The notes under the pieces: generated by a model
Told to the model about the DNA's origin: nothing
What the model saw: only the letters and a program-made list of their open reading frames with translations
Database searches by the model: none
Shown here: positions 9,376 to 17,472 of the stretch, piece after piece
Position numbering within the stretch: position 1 is the stretch's first letter
How the letters are laid out: every line of letters starts with the position of its first letter
DNA from: an uncultured bacterium
Lineage (GTDB): Bacteria > Patescibacteriota > Minisyncoccia > Phycocordibacterales > UBA9973
Direction of reading: 5' to 3'
Assembly: GCA_903862375.1 (NCBI GenBank)
Contig: CAIOXR010000078.1
Coordinates: forward strand, 1-35,440
Length of the DNA stretch: 35,440 nt
Program-made: the position numbers and the translations under genes

Positions 9376-10548
9376 ATGAAAGATAAACAAATAGAGAAAC
9401 TTATTAAAGAAGAAGAGAAAAGACAGAAAAGTGTTGTGAACTTAATAGCTTCTGAGAATATTGTATCTGATGATGTTTTGAAGGCTCTTGGTTCTAAACT
9501 TACCAATAAGTATGCTGAGGGTTATCCAGGGAAAAGATATTATGGTGGCAATCAAGTTGTAGATAAAGTAGAATTGCTCTGTATTGCGAGGGCGTTAAAA
9601 TTATTCAAACTTAAACCAGAAGATTGGCATGTGAATGTCCAACTTCTTTCTGGAAGTCCCGCCAATTTTGCTTTGTATTCTGCTTTAGTTCCTGTAGGAG
9701 GAAAGATAATGGGTATGAAGCTAACTTCAGGTGGTCACCTTACTCACGGTCATCCACTTTCTATGACAGGTAAACTTTGGAAACCATTACAATTTGAACT
9801 TGATAAGAATACTGAAGTTATAGACTATGAAGCACTAAAAACTTTGGCTATTACTGAGAAGCCAGATATTATTGTTTGTGGTTTTACAGCATATCCTAGA
9901 ATTGTAGACTTTAAAAAGTTTAGAGAAATTGCTGATAGTTGTGGTGCACTTCTTCATGTAGATATGTCACACTTTGCAGGGCTTGTAGCTGGAGGAGCAT
10001 ATCCATCTCCCTTCCCATATGCAGATACAGTGATGACTACTACACATAAGTCGCTTCGTGGACCTCGCCAAGCTATTTTATTTGTAAAGAAAGACGCAAG
10101 AGAATTTGATAAGAAATTAGACAAGATGGTGATCCCTGGACTTTTCGGTGGACCGCATGAGAACAATATAGCGGCCGTAGCCGTTGCCCTAGCTGAAGCG
10201 ATGAAGCCAGAATTTAAAAAGTACGCAAAGCAAGTAGTCAAGAATGCTAAAGTATTAGCGAAAGAATTGCAAAAGCTTGGATGGCATATTATCTCTGGTG
10301 GTACTGACTCACATCTTATACTTATGGATACTTGGATGGATGGGAAAGGAGTTCCTGGAAAGATAGCCAGTGATAAGCTTGAGAAAGCAGGTATAATCGT
10401 AAATATGAATACAATACCAGGAGATCCTCGAGGTGTTATGGATCCATCTGGAATCAGACTAGGTACTTGTGCTGAGACAACTCGTGGGAAGAAAGAAGCA
10501 GATATGGTAAAGCTTGCAGTTAGAATGGATAAGGTGTTAAGAAATTAA
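9376..10548 (+). CDS. glyA: Serine hydroxymethyltransferase
   Basis: LIASEN, NKYAEGYPGKRYYGG, GGHLTHG, TTTTHKSLRGPR (PLP lysine), SGIRLGT. Confidence 0.97.
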   Translation: MKDKQIEKLIKEEEKRQKSVVNLIASENIVSDDVLKALGSKLTNKYAEGYPGKRYYGGNQVVDKVELLCIARALKLFKLKPEDWHVNVQLLSGSPANFALYSALVPVGGKIMGMKLTSGGHLTHGHPLSMTGKLWKPLQFELDKNTEVIDYEALKTLAITEKPDIIVCGFTAYPRIVDFKKFREIADSCGALLHVDMSHFAGLVAGGAYPSPFPYADTVMTTTHKSLRGPRQAILFVKKDAREFDKKLDKMVIPGLFGGPHENNIAAVAVALAEAMKPEFKKYAKQVVKNAKVLAKELQKLGWHIISGGTDSHLILMDTWMDGKGVPGKIASDKLEKAGIIVNMNTIPGDPRGVMDPSGIRLGTCAETTRGKKEADMVKLAVRMDKVLRN

Positions 10549-10551
10549 TTT

Positions 10552-11280
10552 ATGTTAAAAGATAAAATTATTTTAATAACAGGTTCGTCATCAGGTATTG
10601 GTGCAGCAACAGCTAGGCTTGCAAAAGAGTATGGAGCAATTCCTATTCTTCATGGTAAAACTGAAAGTGAAGAATTAACTAAATTAGCAAAAGAATTAGA
10701 ATGTAAATATATTTTCTGTGATGTATCAGATAAAGTTGCAGTAGAAAAATCTGTTAAAGATATTTTATTAGAAATTAAAAGAATTGATATTCTAGTAAAT
10801 TCAGCTGGTATCGCACCACGTGCAACGTTTTTAGAATCTACTGATGAATCATGGTTAGATATTTTTAAAGTTAATGTTTTAGGAACTGTACATTTTTGTC
10901 AGGTAATCCTTCCAATAATGAAAGAAAATAACTATGGAAGAGTAGTTAATATAGCTTCAATAAGAGCAAATATTAATACTTCAGGACGTGCAGCGTATTC
11001 TGCTTCAAAAGCTGCTATAGTGAATTTAACCTCAGTCTTAGCAAAAGAATTTGCTCCAAATATAGCAGTAAATGCAGTTTCACCTGGATACACAGAAACA
11101 CCTATTGCCGCAAATTGGGATGCAGAGGTTTGGAAGCAGGTAAATACTGCATTGGTAGGTAGAATTGGGCAACCTAAAGAAATTGCTGAAGCAATATTGT
11201 TTCTAGCAAGCGATAGAGCAAGTTTTATTACAGGGCAGAGTTTTATTGTCGATGGAGGTTATTCAATATCAGGGAAGTAA
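10552..11280 (+). CDS. SDR family NAD(P)-dependent oxidoreductase (FabG-like)
   Basis: TGSSSGIG, LVNSAG, YSASK, VNAVSPG, ITGQSFIVDGG. Confidence 0.92.
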   Translation: MLKDKIILITGSSSGIGAATARLAKEYGAIPILHGKTESEELTKLAKELECKYIFCDVSDKVAVEKSVKDILLEIKRIDILVNSAGIAPRATFLESTDESWLDIFKVNVLGTVHFCQVILPIMKENNYGRVVNIASIRANINTSGRAAYSASKAAIVNLTSVLAKEFAPNIAVNAVSPGYTETPIAANWDAEVWKQVNTALVGRIGQPKEIAEAILFLASDRASFITGQSFIVDGGYSISGK

Positions 11281-11283
11281 TTT

Positions 11284-11943
11284 ATGCAAGAGAAAATAAA
11301 TACATTTTTATTAAAGAATCCTTTTGAATTGATTCCTATGGATAGGAAGGATTTTTATGATGAACAAGTTAAATTATTTAGAAGTGGTAAAAAACCAAAT
11401 AGAGCAATAGAGGTAATAAATGTAATTATATTTAATAGTCATGGTGAGTTAATTATTCAGAAAAGATCATACAATAAGAATCATAATGCAGGGTTGCTAG
11501 ACAAATCAATTGGTGGACATATTACATCTGGAGATACACCCGATTATACAGTTATGGTTGAAACAATACAGGAACTACAAATTCCCTCGATAGTACTAAA
11601 AGATGAGAATGATTTTATAAAAACTTTTCATCTTTTAGGAAACTATTTAGAAACAATTTCTTTGGCTAAACATTTTATTACTACATTCTACACTCCAATA
11701 AAAATAATAAACAAAGAGAATATACCAGTTGCAAATAGGATGCATTTATATTTTAGTATATATAATGGCAGAATAAGACCTGTGGATCGTGAAGCAAAAG
11801 GAATATTGTTTTATTCTATTTCTGAATTAAAAGAAGAAATGAATTTAAATCCTGAGACTTTTACAGATGATATGCATTATATTATGAAGGAGTATAAGGA
11901 TGATATTGAAAAGTTTGTAAAGATGATAACTAAAGACAAATAA
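11284..11943 (+). CDS. NUDIX-fold protein (IDI-like, degenerate Nudix box)
   Basis: IFNSHGELIIQKRS...K...GLLDKSIGGHI...ETIQEL. Confidence 0.75.
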   Translation: MQEKINTFLLKNPFELIPMDRKDFYDEQVKLFRSGKKPNRAIEVINVIIFNSHGELIIQKRSYNKNHNAGLLDKSIGGHITSGDTPDYTVMVETIQELQIPSIVLKDENDFIKTFHLLGNYLETISLAKHFITTFYTPIKIINKENIPVANRMHLYFSIYNGRIRPVDREAKGILFYSISELKEEMNLNPETFTDDMHYIMKEYKDDIEKFVKMITKDK

Positions 11944-11946
11944 TTT

Positions 11947-12039
11947 ATGAAAATATATTTTTCAGGAGCAATATCTGGGGGTAGAGAGTATTCTCATATT
12001 TATGAGAAGTTTATAAATATTATTAAAAAATTATTATGA
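11947..12039 (+). pseudogene. Truncated nucleoside 2-deoxyribosyltransferase / DNPH1(Rcl)-like gene (30 codons)
   Basis: Translates as MKIYFSGAISGGREYSHIYEKFINIIKKLL*, resembling the recalled family N-terminus (MKIYFAGSIRGGRE). Its TGA overlaps the tmk ATG. Confidence 0.75.
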
Positions 12040-12767
12040 TAAATAAAAAAAGTTTAAAAAAGGGAAAACTTATAGTTATAGATGGCACAGATGGAAGTGG
12101 AAAGGCGACACAGGTTGTTTATTTGACGGAGAGGCTTAAGAAAGATGGGCACAAAGTAAAAGTTGTTGATTTCCCCGAATACTATAAGAATTTTTTTGGA
12201 GCTTTTATTGGACATTGTCTTTCTGAACAATATTACAATTTTATCAATGTTCATCCAAAAATTGCTTCAGTTCTTTATGCCGCTGACAGGTGGCAATCAA
12301 AAGATGGAATGGAAAAATGGCTTAAAGAAGGATATGTTATTATCGCGAACCGTTATGTCTCAGCCAATCAGATTCATCAGGGCGGCAAAATAAGTGATGC
12401 AAAAAAGAGAAATAGTTTTATAAAATGGCTTAATCAGATGGAGTATGAAGAATTTGGAATTCCAAGACCAGATGTTACCATATATTTAAGTTTGCCTATA
12501 GAGATAGTAATGAAACTTCTAAATGACAGAGAAAGTAGCCAGATGAAAAGAAAATATTTGAAGAAAAATAAAGATGTCCATGAAGCAGATGAAAAGTTTA
12601 TGGAGAATTCTATAAAGAGTGCATTATGGCTTGCAAAAACCCAGTCGAATTGGAGTAAAATTAATTGTTCAGAAAAAGGAGAAATTCTTTCGCGTGAGCA
12701 AATTCATGAGATGGTTTATGAAGAAGTGAAAAAGGTATTACCTGCTCGCCGAAATAGTGGGAAATAA
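12036..12767 (+). CDS. tmk: Thymidylate kinase
   Basis: P-loop IDGTDGSGKATQ, DFP, LYAADR, ANRYVSAN, PRPDVTIYL. Confidence 0.92.
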   Translation: MINKKSLKKGKLIVIDGTDGSGKATQVVYLTERLKKDGHKVKVVDFPEYYKNFFGAFIGHCLSEQYYNFINVHPKIASVLYAADRWQSKDGMEKWLKEGYVIIANRYVSANQIHQGGKISDAKKRNSFIKWLNQMEYEEFGIPRPDVTIYLSLPIEIVMKLLNDRESSQMKRKYLKKNKDVHEADEKFMENSIKSALWLAKTQSNWSKINCSEKGEILSREQIHEMVYEEVKKVLPARRNSGK

Positions 12768-12768
12768 T

Positions 12769-13242
12769 ATGAGAATTCCAATTGTAAATGAAAAAGATGA
12801 AATAATAGGTTATAAAGAGAGAGAAGATAGAAATCCTCAAGATATTTCTCGTTGTACTGGTCTTTGGGTTGCAGATAAAGAAGGAAATATATTTTTGGCT
12901 CAAAGAGCTTTAGGAAAGAAGCATGATCCAGGATTATGGGGTCCAGCAGTTGGTGGAACAGTTGAAGAAGGTGAAACTTATGAATCAAATATTTTAAAAG
13001 AAGCAAGAGAAGAGATCGGATTAGTTAATATGAGTTTTAATTTTATAAATAAGATTCTTGTTCATAATTGTGTTGCTAAGTTTTATTCTGTCGTTGTTGA
13101 TCATGACTATAAATTTGTAAAACAAGATTCAGAAGTAGAAAATATAAAATGGTTCTCAAGAGAAGAATTAAATAAATTACTTGAAGAAAAACCAGAGATG
13201 TTTCAAAAAGATTTTAAAAAAATTATAGAATTATTTAAATAA
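12769..13242 (+). CDS. NUDIX hydrolase
   Basis: IPIVNEKDEIIG, LAQRALGKKHDPGLW, Nudix box GGTVEEGETYESNILKEAREEIG. ATG at 12769. Confidence 0.88.
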   Translation: MRIPIVNEKDEIIGYKEREDRNPQDISRCTGLWVADKEGNIFLAQRALGKKHDPGLWGPAVGGTVEEGETYESNILKEAREEIGLVNMSFNFINKILVHNCVAKFYSVVVDHDYKFVKQDSEVENIKWFSREELNKLLEEKPEMFQKDFKKIIELFK

Positions 13243-13243
13243 C

Positions 13244-13666
13244 ATGAAAATCAAAATTAAAAAACTAAAAGAAGAAGCTAAATTACCAAAGTATCATCAT
13301 GTGGGAGATGTGGGTATGGATGTGTACTCTATGGAGACTTATACTATAGAACCAGGTGGGCATAAATTCTTCTTTCATGGTTTTGCGATGGAGTTTCCAG
13401 TTGGATATGTGGCATTAATTAAAGATAAAAGTAGTCTCTCTAAGGCGGGATTACATTCTATCGGTGGGGTATTTGATGCAGGATATAGAGGTGAATATAA
13501 TACTCATCTGGTAAATCTTTCAGATAAACCTTATACTGTAGAAGAGGGAGATAAAGTTGCCCAGATAGTTATAATGCCAGTTTCTATAGTAGAATTAGAA
13601 GAGGTTGAGAATTTAAGTGAATCAGACAGAGGAGAAGGTGCATTTGGAAGTACAGGGAGAAAATAG
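13244..13666 (+). CDS. dut: dUTP diphosphatase (trimeric)
   Basis: GMDV, KSSL, GVFDAGYRGE, GDKVAQ, RGEGAFGSTG. Confidence 0.95.
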   Translation: MKIKIKKLKEEAKLPKYHHVGDVGMDVYSMETYTIEPGGHKFFFHGFAMEFPVGYVALIKDKSSLSKAGLHSIGGVFDAGYRGEYNTHLVNLSDKPYTVEEGDKVAQIVIMPVSIVELEEVENLSESDRGEGAFGSTGRK

Positions 13667-13672
13667 AATAAT

Positions 13673-13700
13673 AATTAAGAATTAATAATTAAGATTTAAG
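13673..13700 (+). repeat. Tandem heptamer repeat (AATTAAG consensus, 4 units)
   Basis: aattaag aattaat aattaag atttaag between dut and argS. Confidence 0.7.
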
Positions 13701-13701
13701 A

Positions 13702-15462
13702 ATGAAAAAACAAATAGAAAAATTAATACAGGAAGCATTAAAATCTTTAGATATAAATGAGGTTAATTTTTCTATTGAGCATCCGACTGATTTTAATAAT
13801 GGGGATTATTCGACAAATGTAGCAATGGTCTGTGCCAAACAAATGAAAACTAATCCTAGAGATTTAGCAGAGAAGATTGTTGCACTATTACAGACCCCCT
13901 CTGCTTTTGGCATCTCACCCTTAGCAGGGGGCGAGAATACTCTATCTATAATTTCAAAAATTCAAGTTGCTGGTCCTGGATTTATAAACTTTTATTTATC
14001 GAGAGAATTTTTTGCAAATAATATAAATGATATTTTAAAACAAAAAGAAAATTGGGGTAAGAATAAAATTCTTGAAGGTAAAAAGGTGATGGTAGAGTAT
14101 ACAGATATGAATCCATTTAAGCCTTTTCATATTGGTCATCTTATGACAAATGCGATAGGCGAGTCAGTCTCACGAATTGTAGAATTCTCTGGAGCAGATA
14201 CTATTCGTGCAAATTACCAGGGTGATGTGGGTCCTCATGTAGCTAAAGCTATATACGGTATTTTAAACTCTAAAGAATATAAAGAATTAGGATTTAAAAA
14301 TATTAATGGATCTGTCTCTCAAATTTCAAACTGGATTGGTGGATGTTATGCTAATGGTAGTAATTTGATGGATACGAGTGAAGACATAAAGAGAGAAATT
14401 GAAAGGATCAATAAAGCTGTTTATGAAAAAAGTGATGAAGAAGTGAATACAGTTTACGAATGGGGTATGGATATAACCATGAGGGCTTTTGAAGAGATTT
14501 ATAAAATTCTAGGAACAAAATTCGACAGATATTATATGGAGAGTGTCATGGCTCCTATCGGAGAAAAGATAGTAAAAGAAAATTTAGGTAAAGTGTTCAC
14601 AGAATCCGATGGAGCAATTGTTTTCCATGGCGAGAATTTTGATAAGAAGCTTCATACTAGAGTATTTATGAATTCTCAAGGCCTTCCTACCTATGAAACG
14701 AAAGAGATAGGTTTGACTATTACAAAATTTGAGAAAGATAACCCAGATATATCTATTATAACAACTGCGATAGAACAAGCAGAGTATATGAAAGTAGTCC
14801 AAAAGGCTATATCGTTAATACATCCAGATCTTGAGTCAAGAATGAAGCACATAACTCACGGCATGATGAAATTTGCTTTTGGAAAAATGTCTTCCAGAAA
14901 AGGTAATGTCATTACTGGTCAGTCACTCTTGAATGATTCTATAAGTGTAGTTTTAGAGAAAATGAAGGATAGAGAAATGACTGAAGAAGAGAAGAAAAAA
15001 ACTTCTGAAATCGTTGGTATATCGGCATTGAAATATTCAATACTCCGATCTTCTTTAGGTAGTGATATTATTTATGATTTTGAGAAATCAATCTCTTTTG
15101 AGGGAGATTCTGGTCCTTATCTACAGTACACCTCTGTCCGTGCAAATTCTATTATTAAAAAATCAGAGAGTATGAAGATAGGGGATAGTAATGATATTCC
15201 AGAGAGTATTACTTTACTTGAAAGATACCTGTATCAATTCCCTGAAGTTGTAGAACACTCATATGATAAGCTTGAGCCTCATCATATCGCTACATACCTC
15301 ACTGAGCTTGCAAGTAGTTTTAATTCATTCTATGGGAATACTCAAATACTGGTAGAAGAGAATAAATATATAAATTATCATTTGAATTTGATTAAGGCAT
15401 TTACAAGTACTATGAAGAATGGTCTCTGGCTTTTAGGTATTAAAATCCCAGAGAGAATGTAA
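13702..15462 (+). CDS. argS: Arginine--tRNA ligase
   Basis: GDYSTN, VAGPGFINF, NPFKPFHIGH, KMSSRKGN, FEGDSGPYLQY, C-terminal PERM. Confidence 0.97.
   Translation: MKKQIEKLIQEALKSLDINEVNFSIEHPTDFNNGDYSTNVAMVCAKQMKTNPRDLAEKIVALLQTPSAFGISPLAGGENTLSIISKIQVAGPGFINFYLSREFFANNINDILKQKENWGKNKILEGKKVMVEYTDMNPFKPFHIGHLMTNAIGESVSRIVEFSGADTIRANYQGDVGPHVAKAIYGILNSKEYKELGFKNINGSVSQISNWIGGCYANGSNLMDTSEDIKREIERINKAVYEKSDEEVNTVYEWGMDITMRAFEEIYKILGTKFDRYYMESVMAPIGEKIVKENLGKVFTESDGAIVFHGENFDKKLHTRVFMNSQGLPTYETKEIGLTITKFEKDNPDISIITTAIEQAEYMKVVQKAISLIHPDLESRMKHITHGMMKFAFGKMSSRKGNVITGQSLLNDSISVVLEKMKDREMTEEEKKKTSEIVGISALKYSILRSSLGSDIIYDFEKSISFEGDSGPYLQYTSVRANSIIKKSESMKIGDSNDIPESITLLERYLYQFPEVVEHSYDKLEPHHIATYLTELASSFNSFYGNTQILVEENKYINYHLNLIKAFTSTMKNGLWLLGIKIPERM
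13891..13944. repeat. In-frame GC-rich palindromic insert in argS
   Basis: ccccctctgct...agcagggggcgaga, encoding QTPSAFGISPLAGGENTL. Confidence 0.7.
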
Positions 15463-15465
15463 TCT

Positions 15466-15717
15466 ATGGAAACTATAGAAGAAAGATTAAATAAAATAGA
15501 AGAAAGGAATAAAAGAGTTGAAATTGATAAAGCTTGGGAGACTAGTTTTGTCAGGATTCTTTCTATTAGTATTATCACTTATATTATAACTATCGTCCTA
15601 ATGTATAGTATTGGTATAGCTAAGCCATACTTAAACGCCTTCTTGCCTGTTTTTGGTTTTATACTTTCAACTCAATCAATTCCTGTTATAAAAAAGTATT
15701 GGATTAAGAATAAATAA
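15466..15717 (+). CDS. Small hypothetical membrane protein (2 TM)
   Basis: 83-aa ORF tightly coupled to argS; charged N-terminus ERNKRVEIDKAWETS, then two hydrophobic helices. Confidence 0.75.
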   Translation: METIEERLNKIEERNKRVEIDKAWETSFVRILSISIITYIITIVLMYSIGIAKPYLNAFLPVFGFILSTQSIPVIKKYWIKNK

Positions 15718-15720
15718 AAT

Positions 15721-17460
15721 ATGGAAAATAAAACTCCAAAATTCGATACAATTTTAGATAAAATGTTGGAATGTTTAGTACCTCATTATCGTGTTTGTAA
15801 ATGGAGTGGTTTACATCAATATTGTGAAGGTGAATTTAATATAACAAAAGAAGATATTGAATTTCTCAAAATACTTCGAGCTCCAGCTCCAAATTATTGT
15901 CCTACTTGTAGAAGGATGAATCGTCATGCTTTCGTAAATAATATCAATTTATATAAGAGAGTAAATAGTGCTCCAGGGAAGAATAATAATACAATATCTT
16001 TTGTCCCCCCAGTTTCTAAATTTATTGTTTACGATTTAGAAAGTTATAAAAATAATTTTGATCCATATCTTTACGGTACTTTTTATGATGAATCAAAAAG
16101 TTTTATTGATCAATTTTATGATTTAAGATTGAAAGTTCCACAACCTGCTATTATTCGAGATCCTTCAAATATAAATAGCGAATATTCTATAAATGGAAGA
16201 GATTTGAAGAATGGATACTATGTTAGCGGTGGGTGGAGGTCTGAAAATGTCTGGTACTCAAATTTAGTGACAGACTCTCGTAATGTTATGGATATTTACG
16301 CCTCACATTTTATAGAAAATTCATATGAATTAACTTCTTGTGAGAAATGTTATAACTGTCAGTATTCTTATTTTTCTGATAATTGTATTAATTCAATGTT
16401 TATGTATGATTGTAACAATTGCCAAGATTGTTTTGGGTGTGTAAATTTAAGAAATAAAAGTAATTGCATTTTTAATAATCAATATTCAAAAGAAGAATAT
16501 AAAGAGAGTATTCTTAAAATTAATTTAAATAGTAAAAAAGTATTATCTGACTTAAATGATAAATTTTGGAAATTTGTAAAAACACAACCAGTTCGAGCAG
16601 AAAGGCATGAAAGTGTGAATAATGTCTCAGGAGTAAATATTTCAAATTCAAGAAATTGCCATGATGTTATTGATTGTGTTAATACAGAACATGTACTACA
16701 TTGTGACCAAATAGTAGGGCATAGAGATTCTATGGATGCCTCAGTGACAGGCGGTTCAGAAAGATTATACAATACCATTGCAGTAGGCTCTAAATCATCA
16801 AATGTAAAATTTTCTTTTGCTTCGAAATTTATAACAGAATCAGAATTTGTAATTAATTGTAGGAATGTGAATAATTGTTTTGCTTGTATTGGATTAGAGA
16901 ATAAGAATTATTGTATTTTTAATAGACAATATGAAAAAGATGAATATTATAAAGAATTAGATAAAATTAAAACAAATTTATTAATAAATGGAGAATATGG
17001 AGATTTTTTACCTTTTAAGTTTAGCACATTTGCTTATAATGGTTCATTGGCAGATATATCATTTCCAATAGACAAAGAAGGTATTGAAAAAGTTAGTGCA
17101 ATATGGCAGCCAGAAACTGAAACAAACGCAATAGGAATGGAGATGATAGAACCAGAAAATATACCAGATACAATAGAAGAAGTTTCTGATGATATTTTAC
17201 AGAAGGCTCTTATCTGCGAAAAAACAAGAAGACCATTTAGAATAATTGAATCTGAACTTGAATTTTACAAAATTCATAATATTCCCTTACCAAGAGTTCA
17301 CCAAATAAAAAGAATTAAAGATAGATATAAATATGTAGGAAATCTTAAAGCTTATAGTAATAATTGTGAATTATGTAGTAAAAAAATTAATACTTTTTAT
17401 ATAAAAGAAGATGGATGGAAATTATATTGTGATGAATGTTACAAGAGAGAAGTTTTATAA
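15721..17460 (+). CDS. Cys-rich repeat protein of unknown function, paralog 1
   Basis: CPTCR, CxxCxxC runs, two copies of CF.C..L.NK..CIFN.QY.K.EY, C-terminal YCDECY..EV. Confidence 0.85.
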   Translation: MENKTPKFDTILDKMLECLVPHYRVCKWSGLHQYCEGEFNITKEDIEFLKILRAPAPNYCPTCRRMNRHAFVNNINLYKRVNSAPGKNNNTISFVPPVSKFIVYDLESYKNNFDPYLYGTFYDESKSFIDQFYDLRLKVPQPAIIRDPSNINSEYSINGRDLKNGYYVSGGWRSENVWYSNLVTDSRNVMDIYASHFIENSYELTSCEKCYNCQYSYFSDNCINSMFMYDCNNCQDCFGCVNLRNKSNCIFNNQYSKEEYKESILKINLNSKKVLSDLNDKFWKFVKTQPVRAERHESVNNVSGVNISNSRNCHDVIDCVNTEHVLHCDQIVGHRDSMDASVTGGSERLYNTIAVGSKSSNVKFSFASKFITESEFVINCRNVNNCFACIGLENKNYCIFNRQYEKDEYYKELDKIKTNLLINGEYGDFLPFKFSTFAYNGSLADISFPIDKEGIEKVSAIWQPETETNAIGMEMIEPENIPDTIEEVSDDILQKALICEKTRRPFRIIESELEFYKIHNIPLPRVHQIKRIKDRYKYVGNLKAYSNNCELCSKKINTFYIKEDGWKLYCDECYKREVL

Positions 17461-17472
17461 AATAAATAAATT

